Below are positions 52,063 to 61,839 of a DNA stretch of 64,000 nucleotides, one piece after another; within the stretch, counting starts at the first letter, position 1; each line of letters opens with the position of its first letter. Below the pieces are notes generated by a model. It searched no databases. It had not been told where the DNA came from and saw nothing but the letters and a program-made list of their open reading frames with translations. This stretch comes from Candidatus Marinacidobacterales bacterium (GTDB lineage Bacteria; Acidobacteriota; Vicinamibacteria; Marinacidobacterales; DATDRI01), in NCBI GenBank assembly GCA_965219415.1, contig CBDCNP010000002.1:4096001-4160000 (forward strand), written 5' to 3'. Position numbers and translations under genes: made by a program.

Positions 52063-53319
52063 TGGGCTTGATCCGGTTTCGTAGACGGTTTAGTTAAGCT
52101 GGCGAAGTCCTCATCCGTCGTTCAAACTCGGCCGGACTGACCTGGCCGAGGGTCGAGTGTCGTCGTCTCTGGTTGTAGAATACCTCGATGAAGTCGAAGA
52201 GGGCCATCTTGGCCTCGCCGCAACTGAGGAAATGCTCCCCAAGCTCGTGCTTGACCGTGGAGAACCAGCTCTCGATGACGGCGTTGTCGTAGCAGTTGCC
52301 CCGTCGGCTCATGCTCCCGGTCATGCCATGCGTCTCAAGGAGACGTTGGTAGTCTTTGCTGGCATACGGACTGCCCTGATCGGAGTGATGCAAGAGCCCC
52401 GCGGCCGGTTGGCGACGTTTCAGTGCCATCCGCAACGCCTTGATAACCAGGTGACGGTCGTTAATAGCACTTACGGCCCACCCAACGAGGAATCGCGAGT
52501 AGAGGTCGAGGAGCGCCGCGAGATAAAGCTTCCCGCCGCTGCCGATCACGAACTCGGTCGTGTCCCCGACCCACCGTTGGTTCGGCGCATCGGCGACGAA
52601 GTCTTGCCCGAGCACATTGGCCGCGACGGGCTGGCCATGACCGCTTACCGTCGTGCGCTTGAAGCGTTTGCGTACTCGAGCAATGAGGCCTTCTGCCTGT
52701 TTCAACCGAATCACCCGCTTCCGACTCACTCGATACCCCTGCTCGTGCAGGTCGTGATAAATCCGCGGACTCCCATAGGTGCGGCGACTCGCCTCATGGG
52801 AGGCACGAATCAACACGCGCAACTGGCGGTCCCGGCGCGCGTGGGCCGACGGCGGCCGACGTACCCAGGCATAAAAGCCACTCCGAGAGACGTTGAGAAT
52901 CTGACACAGGTGAACGACCGGTACGGTGGCCTTCTCCGCCTGGATGAACGCGAATCTTACTCGCTCTCCTTCGCGAAGAAGGCCGCGGCTTTTTTTAAAA
53001 CGTCGCGCTCCACCCGCAACCGCCGATTCTCTTTGCGGAGCCGCCGAAGCTCCTCGCGTTCCACGCCCGTCAAGCCCGTCCGGCCCTTCGTCCGATCGGC
53101 CCGGGCCTGACGGACCCAGTTGCGAAACGCCGATTCGGTGAGGTCAAGCTCCCGGGCCACCCGACCCACGCTCTGGCCCTCATCAAGCACCAGCCGGACC
53201 GCGCCTGCCTTAAACTCGTCATCAAACTCCCGGCGGGGTCGCCGGGGCTGCGTTGTCTTTGCCATTGTGGACATCGTATCCGCCTTTCAGAAAGTGTCCA
53301 CGAAACTGGATCAAGCCCA
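52063..53319 (-). mobile_element. IS3 family insertion sequence (orfA 52957-53274; orfB ends at 52094)
   Basis: TIR TGGGCTTGATCC(G/A)GTTTCGT; 4-bp TSD TCCA; A7G slippery site; WVGDTT, HSDQG, DNAVIESWF. Confidence 0.95.
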
Positions 53320-53332
53320 TCCAGGGTATGTC

Positions 53333-53498
53333 GGTGCTTGCGCTGTTTGCTGTTGGTGATGTGTACGTATCCCTTTGCAAAAGAGGCGCTTAAGCTCCAT
53401 TTAGCGCGCGGCGAAGGTCGTGAGCGCTATTTTGGCTGTAACTTAATGCAGCGTAAAGTCTTAGTGTCATCTCACCAACACTTAATGGCGGAAGCACC
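53333..53498. repeat. 166-bp MITE-like element
   Basis: Inverted ends GGTGCTT(G/C)CGC...TGTTGGTGA; a same-length inverted copy lies at 56403-56568. Confidence 0.8.
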
Positions 53499-53695
53499 GA
53501 TGAATAAATAGAAGGCACAGCCGAGTTTTGGCACAGGACGGGGACGGATCCGCCGTCAGCCCCGCCAACGTGTTGGATAAGGTTGGTATCGTGCTCGAAT
53601 GACGAGGACTGAGTTGGTGAGGAGCAATGGACGCCGTAGACGTGACGCTCGCCGGCTACCGTGGGGCCAGATAGGACGGACGAGGTAGCCTGCGG

Positions 53696-55570
53696 TCAAG
53701 GCGTGGCACGCCAACTCCGGTACATACCGTTGATTCCGTCCCGCCACTCGAAAAGCTCCTTACGCCAACTCTCCAGCTCCTCGCCCCGCCCTCCGGCCAG
53801 GTTTGTTTGCTCCTCCGGGTCGGTCGATAGGTCAAAGAGCTCGTCCGCCTGATTTTCATAATGATAGATGTATTTTTCGAAGTCCGTCAGTCTCACCAGA
53901 CAGGTGCGCTCTTCGAAACAGCTCATCATCAATGTTCTTTTACGGGGCAGCGCGAACATCGACGTCCCGGCCAACTGGCCATCGTCGATGGCGTACCCCA
54001 ACAAATCGGCGATCGAAGCTGGCAGATCCAGCAACGATACGGGCCCCTCGATGCGTGTGCCGTTCTGGAATCGCTGAGGATCATGGATGATTAGAGGAAC
54101 CTTCAAAACTTCCTCGTAAGGGACGGCGTCGTGGTGGTTGCGCCCGTGCTCCCCGAACGCCTCTCCGTGGTCTCCTAGAATCAGGAAGATAGAGTCTTCA
54201 TATACGCCGAGCCGTTTGTATTGATAAAAGACGTTCTTGATGAAAAAATCCACATAGCGCACGCTGTTCAAGTAATCATTGTGCCTTTCCTTGGGGTACA
54301 ACGAGTTGTGCGCGGCGCGGAACTCGATATAGCCGTACCGCCGTGGCGCTCCATACCAGTGGTGCGGGGTGTGGGTTAGGTAAACTGCGAAGAACGGCCC
54401 GTTCCTGTGGGACCTCACCCAGCGGCGGCTACTCTCGAGCACGATATTGTCTTCAAAGCCGAAATAGTTGACCTTTTCGAAGCCGTGGCTCGGCATTGTG
54501 TCGCCCGGATAGAAGTGCTCGAATCCGAAGTTTGTCACTAGGCCGCGCCGCGACTCGAAATGTTCCTTCGACGCTTGGAAGAACACCGTGCGGTACCCCT
54601 GTTCCTTCAGCAACTCTGGCAAGCAGCGACCGGGGATTCCGTTTGGCTCCGCCTCGGTGATCTCCATGACCAAGTGGGGCTCGATTCCGCACATGATAGG
54701 TACCAGTGCCTTCGATGTGTGGGGCACAACGGTGTAGACTCTCTCAACCAGTAGACTCCTTTTCTCCGCTAGCTCGGCTAGGTGAGGTGTGGTCGGCAAT
54801 CCCGGATTATATGGATTGACGACGTTGGCTCCCGTAGACTCAAGAATGATGAGCACCACGTTACGATCGGTGGTAAGCGGTGTTCTATCGAGCCTTGCAT
54901 TCGTGGCGGGCCGCGGCCGAGCACGAACGGGCTCGTTATGCCGCCAGCCGCCCACCGCCGTGGCAAGCAAGTTGACGAAAGGGTCTCTGGCGAACGGACG
55001 GCTGACACCCTCTCCTCTGGGGATGAGCGAGAGAAGGCCGAACCCCACCGCGGTAAGTCCTGCAAGGTACGTGAGCCGGTAATCCCGAACTTCGTGGCTC
55101 GGGCTCCTGCCATCTGGTGAACAAACCAACACCCGCGACAAGAGCCATGGCCCCATCGCAAAGTAGGCCAACACGACAAACCAGGAGGTGAAGCTTGCCT
55201 CACTTGCGATAATCGGTCGCACCTCGTCGAGTCCCGAGATGGAGAAAGCAAGGACCTGATAACTGAGGGCCACGCCGGTAACCGAGAAGTACTGGTGAGC
55301 AATGGTGGTGGTGAGGGCGAGGAGCGCAGAAACTGCTGGGAGCAACACGAGCAAAACTTTCCGCGCACCGGATCCTCTTCTTGTTAAAGCGAAGAGCCCT
55401 AGCCATAGCGAGATATAAGCGAGGGCGAAGGCAAGATCCGACCCAATGAGACGAAAGAAATCGATCAATCCCGGATCGACGTGGGAGAGGATCCGGGCCG
55501 TTTTGAGGGTGAGGTTGTAGCCGATCAGCGGACCAAGGACGCTGAGCAAGAAGACCCGTGGGTCCATCAT
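53696..55570 (-). CDS. LTA-synthase-like membrane sulfatase/phosphotransferase
   Basis: About 5 N-terminal TM segments; NVVLIILES, VPHTSK (Thr nucleophile position), TPHHWY, GDHGE, VPLII. Confidence 0.8.
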   Translation of the reverse strand: MMDPRVFLLSVLGPLIGYNLTLKTARILSHVDPGLIDFFRLIGSDLAFALAYISLWLGLFALTRRGSGARKVLLVLLPAVSALLALTTTIAHQYFSVTGVALSYQVLAFSISGLDEVRPIIASEASFTSWFVVLAYFAMGPWLLSRVLVCSPDGRSPSHEVRDYRLTYLAGLTAVGFGLLSLIPRGEGVSRPFARDPFVNLLATAVGGWRHNEPVRARPRPATNARLDRTPLTTDRNVVLIILESTGANVVNPYNPGLPTTPHLAELAEKRSLLVERVYTVVPHTSKALVPIMCGIEPHLVMEITEAEPNGIPGRCLPELLKEQGYRTVFFQASKEHFESRRGLVTNFGFEHFYPGDTMPSHGFEKVNYFGFEDNIVLESSRRWVRSHRNGPFFAVYLTHTPHHWYGAPRRYGYIEFRAAHNSLYPKERHNDYLNSVRYVDFFIKNVFYQYKRLGVYEDSIFLILGDHGEAFGEHGRNHHDAVPYEEVLKVPLIIHDPQRFQNGTRIEGPVSLLDLPASIADLLGYAIDDGQLAGTSMFALPRKRTLMMSCFEERTCLVRLTDFEKYIYHYENQADELFDLSTDPEEQTNLAGGRGEELESWRKELFEWRDGINGMYRSWRATP

Positions 55571-56402
55571 AGACGGACTCGTTCCGTGACGGATGGTAAT
55601 GGATACAAAAGTGCCTCGAGAAGCGACTCATAGTAATGCGTTCCGATATTTTCTAACATACGTCTGCCCTTGGAACTAAGGCAGCTTAGAGGCGCTGTTG
55701 CACGATTTAACCCCGGCGCGAGTAGAGCCGCTTCCCCAACCCCTCGTTCACGACACTGGCTAGGCCAAAGTTTTGTACCAGTCCTTGTGAGAGATATTAC
55801 ATCACAACTTGAAGCCATGAAACTGGGTTTCAGGCAGGTGTATAAGTCCCCCGGGGTGCTTCTGCCATCAAGTGTTGCTCGTCCTGTGCCAAAACTCGGC
55901 CCAGCCGGCATTGACGAAAGAACTGCGCCTCTCGAAATCAGGCTAAAACTCTAGCACGCGAACAGGTTACGCGGCGGCCGCCAACACTTGACTGCGGAAG
56001 CACCCATCGGTGCATCGGTTGCGTGACCTTCATCATTAATTGTGGTCGGCACCCTGAGCATCAGCGGGGGAACCGTCCAGCGCAGCGGGCTTCTGGTCAG
56101 GCTCCATCGTTGTCCTCCGCCGTGATTCGGCCACGGGTGCTCCGCGATAGGCGGGGCGGACACGGACTCTATGCAGTCGGACGCGAATGCCCGAACTCGT
56201 CTACTGGATGACCCGCCGCCAATAGCGCCTTCTGAATACTCCGCAGAAAATCGGGTGCTTTCAGCATTTTGCTACTAAAGTGAGGATCGGAGGGGAGCAC
56301 CAAGTCGCATACACGTCCATTTTTATCCAGTTTGTAGAATATGACAGTGGCTTGTCTATCGGGAGCCTTTCCTTCGTGAGCTGCTCCTTTTGCTTGTGGC
56401 CC

Positions 56403-56568
56403 GGTGCTTCCGCCATCAAGTGTTGGTGAGATGACGCTAAGACTTTACAGTGCATTAAGTTACAGTCAAAATAGCGCTTGTGACCTTCCGCGCGCGCTAA
56501 ATGGAGCGTAAGTGCCTCTTTTGCAAAGGGATGCGTACATATCACCAACAGTAAACAGCGGAAGCACC
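56403..56568. repeat. 166-bp MITE-like element (inverted copy)
   Basis: Reverse complement of 53333-53498 with scattered mismatches. Confidence 0.8.
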
Positions 56569-56589
56569 TCGCGTTCCAGAACCTAGCGC

Positions 56590-56880
56590 TTTACGCGCAG
56601 CGCCTCGGCAAACACCTGGTACAAGATGATCCGGGAGTGCGGGTGGAAGCGTCCCCGGAGGCACGTGCATCCGGCGAAGCCCAAGGAAGGCCTCAGAACA
56701 ACGCGCCCCAACGAGTATTGGCAAATCGACGCAACCGTGATCCGGCTGACAACCGGCATCCGAATCTACCTCCAAGCTGTCATCGACAATTTCAGCCGAA
56801 GGATTCTCGATCCTTCGACAGTACGGTGGCGGTGCGGCGTCTCGTCGCCTTCTACGTCGGTGAGTACAATGAAAAGATCC
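56590..56880 (+). pseudogene. DDE/rve transposase internal fragment
   Basis: GLRTTRPNEYWQIDATVIRL...YLQAVIDNFSRRIL, then a deletion. Confidence 0.7.
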
Positions 56881-57071
56881 CGCGCCCTGCGCCCCCACGA
56901 TGCGCGTCGGGAAAACGTTGCTGGTCGGCTTCGACGAAAGCTCTTACGCGGACGTTCTGGGATAGCTTCTAGGCACTTGATGTCTCGAAACTCGCGGGCT
57001 GCACGACTTCCAAGAATTCCAAATCCGGCGAGCGCATAGGGCGTCCGGCCGACCGCCTCTGCTCACCGCCC

Positions 57072-57340
57072 TTACGGATGCCGCGGGCGTGTGGTGACCT
57101 TCGCCCGCGGATACTTCGCCTTGATCTCCTTCGCGTAGGCTTCCCGCCTTCGGCGCTGAGCTTCAGGCCGATGGGCTTCGTACCAGCGGTGCGACCGCAC
57201 CATCTGAGAACAGCTCGACGAACAGTACCGCTGACGCCGCGTCTTTACGATTAGGCGTTGACACGCTGGCCGGAGACAACGGGCGAGCCGGTGGCCACTG
57301 TTCTCGAGGGTCTCGACCACCGTGAGCCAGAACGAGTCGG
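57072..57340 (-). pseudogene. fragment with a CGNR-like zinc finger
   Basis: LARCLRPACQRLIVKTRRQRYCSSSC; 5' end abuts a 94-bp mini-element. Confidence 0.45.
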
Positions 57341-57343
57341 GCC

Positions 57344-57437
57344 TGTGCCCCGCAAAAAATCGATCCGGCGTTGATTGCGCGTTTTAGACCTGCTATATTC
57401 GGCTGCTTCTGGCCGATCTTCTTTTTTGCGGATCACA
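57344..57437. repeat. 94-bp TGT...ACA mini-element, copy 1
   Basis: TGTGCCCCGCAAAAAA...TTTTTTGCGGATCACA; the left part recurs at 32369, 59423 and 62000. Confidence 0.8.
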
Positions 57438-57538
57438 GGAGTGGATTGAAACTCTGTAGGCACGAAGATACGCGGCGAGCTGTAGGGCGTCTCCCCTCGC
57501 TTCGGCGGGGGGAGTGGATTGAAACTCCGCTCAGGAGC
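57438..57538 (+). CRISPR. orphan CRISPR array fragment (partial repeat, 36-nt spacer, full 37-nt repeat, partial spacer)
   Basis: GGAGTGGATTGAAAC (57438-57452) and GTCTCCCCTCGCTTCGGCGGGGGGAGTGGATTGAAAC (57489-57525); hairpin and ATTGAAAC end; no cas genes in the window. Confidence 0.65.
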
Positions 57539-57560
57539 TGCGGATCACAGGCTCAACCGC

Positions 57561-57654
57561 TGTGCTCCGCAAGAAGTCGATCCGGCGTTGATTGCGCGGG
57601 TTAGACCTACCATAGTCGGCTGCTTCTGGCCGGTTTTCTTTTTTGCGGATCACG
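57561..57654. repeat. 94-bp mini-element, copy 2
   Basis: Same length as 57344-57437 and highly similar. Confidence 0.8.
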
Positions 57655-57799
57655 GGCCTTCTTTCGCGAGCTGCGCCTTCGTTTGGTAGTACTCTTGTTT
57701 CGGCCTTACCCGGGTTCGCGCGGCGCGCGGAGCTCCGGCGCGTGTATGCCAGCCAGCCGCAGACGCTTGCCCCAGAGTTCCACGGTTTCACTGTCGATA

Positions 57800-57960
57800 A
57801 CACATGCGGTGCCAAAGTTGATTCAGGGCTTTCGTCCAACCCGTTCCACGGATGGTGCACGCTTGCCTGCTGTAAGCCAGCAATCGGCGGAAGGCTTGCC
57901 CAGGAAACTGGATCGTCGAGATCACTACAACTAAGAGCAACACAAAATGGACGACGAAGA
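57800..57960 (+). pseudogene. Nmad2-like (nucleotide modification associated domain 2) fragment
   Basis: DSGLSSNPFHGWCTLACCKPAI, then after a frameshift RKACPGNWIV; resembles the DxGFAPNPFxGxCTLAxCKPxIR...GDW signature. Confidence 0.55.
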
Positions 57961-57989
57961 GATTAGGAGAGTGTCGGAAGGGCTGAAGC

Positions 57990-58267
57990 GGTCGTGCCGG
58001 TCGACCCGACGATGCCACCGGCGTCTTGGGAACGTGGAGAGGTTCGCTCGTGCGACTGTTTTCGAATATTCGATCTATTGTTCTGGACGCCATCGCGTTC
58101 GCTCGCAACCTATGCCGCTCGCGCAGCGCCCTCGCCGCAGAGAACCTTTTCCTTCGGAAGCAGCTTACGTTCTTCGTCGAGCGTAAGCAGCTATCGGTCG
58201 CAGGAAGGCTCGCTATAGATGGCGAGACTCAACTAAAACAGTCTCCGGGAAAACCCGGGGCGGTTCA
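57990..58267 (+). mobile_element. rve-transposase 5' relic followed by an IS3-type end
   Basis: RSRSALAAENLFLRKQL; CTCCGGGAAAACCCGGGGCGGTTCA. Confidence 0.55.
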
Positions 58268-58382
58268 CGCCATGGGAATCACTGTAACGCGAGTTACCTG
58301 CCTACCTCTTTCTGGTTCCCCGTGCGCCAGATACAATACTTAGGCGGTAGAACGTTAGAACGACCCGAAGTCTCAGCAAATC

Positions 58383-58694
58383 ATGAACCGACAGAAGATC
58401 GAATACGGCCAACCCATTGAAGTCGCCATTACACCACGGCAAAGGAGTCTCATACTGGAGCATGCGATGGTTGGGCCCGAGGTCACTGGCCTTCTACGGA
58501 TGGCGGTGGTCAAAGGTAAGAAACTCATCGTTAAGCTGACTCTGGATGATCTGGATGAGATAATTGGCTACATCGCGGCGGAAGCAAATCACACGGATGA
58601 CAAAAAGCTCCAAAAGGAATTCGACCATCTCTATGAGCGGCTAAAAACCACGATGGAGTCATATGACGACGGCATGTGGCAGGGGGCATTCTAA
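58383..58694 (+). CDS. hypothetical protein (103 aa) in an integron-like cassette
   Basis: LTLDDLDEIIGYIAAEANHTDDKKLQKEFD; lower GC; the stop codon lies inside TTCTAAC. Confidence 0.7.
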   Translation: MNRQKIEYGQPIEVAITPRQRSLILEHAMVGPEVTGLLRMAVVKGKKLIVKLTLDDLDEIIGYIAAEANHTDDKKLQKEFDHLYERLKTTMESYDDGMWQGAF

Positions 58695-58787
58695 CGCGCC
58701 ATTGAAGCTGACGGCCGGTCGCACTGCATTAGCTGTAGTCTGTGTCTTTTGCCCGGCCCCCGGCCGCAACTCCCCGGTTCGTTATTT
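58689..58787 (+). other. attC-like recombination site (degenerate)
   Basis: TTCTAAC...TGAAGCTGACGGCCGG...CCGGCCGCAACT...GTTATTT; the inverse core exactly complements GTTAGAA at 58354. Confidence 0.55.
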
Positions 58788-58874
58788 GGATGCTGTTCAT
58801 GCCAGTCGGAGCGCAAGAGGACGAATGAGGGGTCCGAGTCGGGAGCTCCGAGCGGCGACTGCGCGGTACATGGA

Positions 58875-59306
58875 ATGAGATGGATTAAGAAAGGTTTGAG
58901 ATTCGAGTGCCAACCAGACTGCGGTCACTGCTGCTCACAGTCAATGTTCGGCAAGGGTGACGTCGAGGGCGTCTTTTTGAGTAAGCGCGATGTGGGTCGG
59001 TTGCAGAAGGCTGGGGTTGCGTGGGCGATTGAGGAACGTGGCGACCATCGCGTTCTATCGGAGGCTTCGGGCACCTGCGTATTGCTGGATCCGAGAACGA
59101 AGGGCTGTGGGATCTACGACGTGCGGCCGACGCAGTGCCGGAACTTCCCCTTCACGCCGGGCAAAGACTCGCCAATCGCTACTCGTTCACAGTGGAACAC
59201 GGCGCGAGAGCACTGTCCTGGTATCGGTATCGGACGATACTACGACAAGCGACACATTCGAAAGTTAGTTCGGGGTCGCGCCCAGCATGGTAGCTTCCAA
59301 GTCTGA
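58875..59306 (+). CDS. YkgJ-family cysteine cluster (Zn/Fe-chelating) protein
   Basis: FECQPDCGHCC, CVLLD, CGIYDVRPTQCRNFPF, CPGIG. Confidence 0.85.
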   Translation: MRWIKKGLRFECQPDCGHCCSQSMFGKGDVEGVFLSKRDVGRLQKAGVAWAIEERGDHRVLSEASGTCVLLDPRTKGCGIYDVRPTQCRNFPFTPGKDSPIATRSQWNTAREHCPGIGIGRYYDKRHIRKLVRGRAQHGSFQV

Positions 59307-59422
59307 GGACCGTGGTAGGGTCGAGGGCTGGCGCGGTGCTCCGTAGGCGCGGCCTATCTGTTTCTCCCCGTTTCCTGTGGGAGTGGCTCACTAGCCACAC
59401 CGTAAGTCCGTTTCCAGCCCCC

Positions 59423-59915
59423 TGTGCTCCGCAAAAAGTCGATCCGGCGTTGATTGCGCGTTTTAGACCTGCCATGCTCGGCTGCTTCGTGCCGGTCGAC
59501 CTGACGACGCCACCGGCGTCTTAGGAACGTGGAGAGGCTCGCTCGTGTGACTGTTTTCGAATATCCGGTCTATTGTTCTGGACACGACGAGGTTGGTCGG
59601 AATCTCGTCGACCCACTCGACGGCTTTCTGCGCGGCAAGCGATGGCTCATCCTGGACCGCGACCAGAAGTTCACCACGGAGTTTCGGAACTTGCTCGAGC
59701 ACGCCGAAACGGACGTCTTGCGGCTGCCGCACCGTTCGCCGAATCTGAACGCTTACGTCGAAAGGTTTGTTTTGTCGATCAAGAGCGAGTGCCTGGAACG
59801 GATGATCTTCTTCAGTGAGCCATCGCTGCGCCGTACCGTCGCTGAGTTCATCCATCATTATCACGGAGAGCGCAACCATCAAGGGAACGGGTTGCTCGAA
59901 GCGGAAGAATGCGGT
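59423..59915 (+). mobile_element. composite relic: TGTGCTCCGCA end plus rve C-terminal fragment
   Basis: LILDRDQKF...[20 protein letters not shown]...ERNHQG. Confidence 0.7.
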
Positions 59916-59919
59916 CGGT

Positions 59920-61172
59920 TGTCCCTTCCATAAACTCGAGCTGTATAAGATTGGCGAACTTCCTGCAACCGGAATGCTTTGGTCGTCTTCATGTAGGACG
60001 TTTTAAGAGCCGGCGTCGGCTCTACTCAGGGGTAGAGGTGTAAGCTGGTGCGAAGTCCGGCAGCCGTTCCGAGCGGATCGGACTCAAGCAGCGCGTCGAG
60101 TGTAATAATGATGGAGACCACCGACCTTTGGAATGACTCTCACTTTGCCCATCGCCGGTGACTCTACCCGGCGAGGCTCAGGCGCGTCCTTCTCAAGCGA
60201 CAAATGAGTCCGGCACGAATGATAGTAGTCGACGTATTTGCGTAGGATTCGCTTCAGGTGCCGCTCATCAAGGACGATCACGTGGTCGAGACACTCACGT
60301 CGAATGGAGCCGATCATCCTTTCGACAAATGGATTCTGCCACGGGGAGCGCGGTGCGGTAAGGACCTGCTCCATCCCGAGACCGTCGACGCGAGTATCGA
60401 AGTACGCTCCGTAGGTCTGGTCTCGATCCCGTACCAGGTACCGAGGCGCCGTGTCCCATGGAAAAGCATCGACCATTTGCTGCGCCGTCCACTCGGCAGA
60501 AGGATGTTCGGTGACATTGAAATGAACGATACGGCGACGGTCGTGGCGAAGGACGATGAAGACGAACAGAACTCTGAAGGTTGCGGTCGGCAAAGTGAAA
60601 AAGTCGAGCGACACCAAGTCGTTTGCATGATTATCGAGAAAGCTCCGCCAAGTATGGGACGGTGGGGTGCGATGGCGAACCCTATACTTGGAGACGGCGG
60701 CCTGGGAAATGGAGATGCCTAGCTTCGCCAGCTCGCCATGCACGCGGGGAGCTCCCCAGAGAGGGTTGGCCCTGCTCATGTTCCGTATCAGCTCACATAT
60801 TTCGGGAGCGACGCCTGGTCGTCCAGGCCTACGCCGTCGGCTCTTCCAAGTCCAATATCGTCTGAACCCACAACGGTGCCAGTGGATGACCGTCTCAGGT
60901 TTCACGATGACGAGGACGCTCTCCCAGTCAGTCCAGATTCTGCGCAACAGCACCCAAAACCCGCGGTCGACATTCGAGAGCCGTGCCGTTTCACGGAACG
61001 GCGGAGGACGGCGAGCTGCTGCCGAAGAGCGACATTCTCGAGAGCCAGCTCGCGACGAGCCTTGAAGGCGGAGATGAGAGCGGGAACCAACGACGAAATC
61101 ATGCCGGCATGGTGCTGGCAGACCGGAGATTATTCAAGTTTGGTGCGCGCGGATAAATAAATAGAAGGCACA
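59920..61172 (-). mobile_element. rve-integrase (IS481-like DDE) element; transposase 60084-61102 with a frameshift/deletion at about 60985
   Basis: Ends TGTCCCTTCCAT and TGTGCCTTCTAT; LALENVALRQQL, NPLWGAPR, SLDFF, RDRD, NPFVER. Confidence 0.8.
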
Positions 61173-61280
61173 AGACGATAGCCGCCTGTTGGTCACGGTG
61201 GCCCCAACACCAACCATGTCAAAGGCTGGATCGGCGTCCTCATGAGGACGGGCACGAAACCGGAATCTAGAGCGTTTCGG

Positions 61281-61739
61281 TCACTCGGAGCTTGCCTTCG
61301 GATAGATCTTCTCCCCGTCGTAGTCTCTCATCCCGCAGAAACCGATGACCTCGAACCCATTTTCTTTCAGCAAGGCCGCGGCACGCGCGGCTCGTCCTCC
61401 GCCGTTTCAGGCGGTGAGGATGGGTTTATCCTGTGGTAGCTCGTCGAGCCGATCGGCAAGTTGGCCGATGGGAATGTTAGTGTAGCCTTCGACCGTACCC
61501 AACTCCTCCAACTCTTCGGGGTTTCGTACATCGAGGAGAAAGACCTTCGCATCATTCAGCGCTGCCGCGAGCTCCTCGCCTTTGAGCTGTGGTGCTTCGT
61601 CGATCGCGTTGGTCGCTGATTCAGCCGGCTCAACCGGCGCCGATGAGGAAGCGGGCTCCTCTTGTCCCCCGCCGTCCCCACCACCGCAGGCGAACAGCGC
61701 CGCCGCGGCTGTCGCGGGGAGCCAATAGAGTCGTTTCAT
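61281..61739 (-). CDS. rhodanese-like lipoprotein with an in-frame TGA at the active site (probable selenoprotein, 152 aa)
   Basis: GGAGG RBS; LFAC lipobox; LLDVRNPEE...NIPI...LPQDKPILTA-TGA(61407-61409)-NGGGRAARAAALLKENGF; SECIS-like hairpin follows. Confidence 0.8.
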
Positions 61740-61839
61740 GGTCACCTCCACCGCAACCTATAGCACATCTAGGCGTTCGGCTGCCGCTGGCACCGCGGGC
61801 ACAGATACCGTGAGGAATAGACGCTTGAGATCCAGACCC

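Noticed and set aside
57344-57654. CRISPR-associated transposon (TGT...ACA ends beside a repeat)
   Set aside because: No tnsB/C, tniQ or cas genes in the window, and the same end is attached to ordinary rve-transposase relics at 59423
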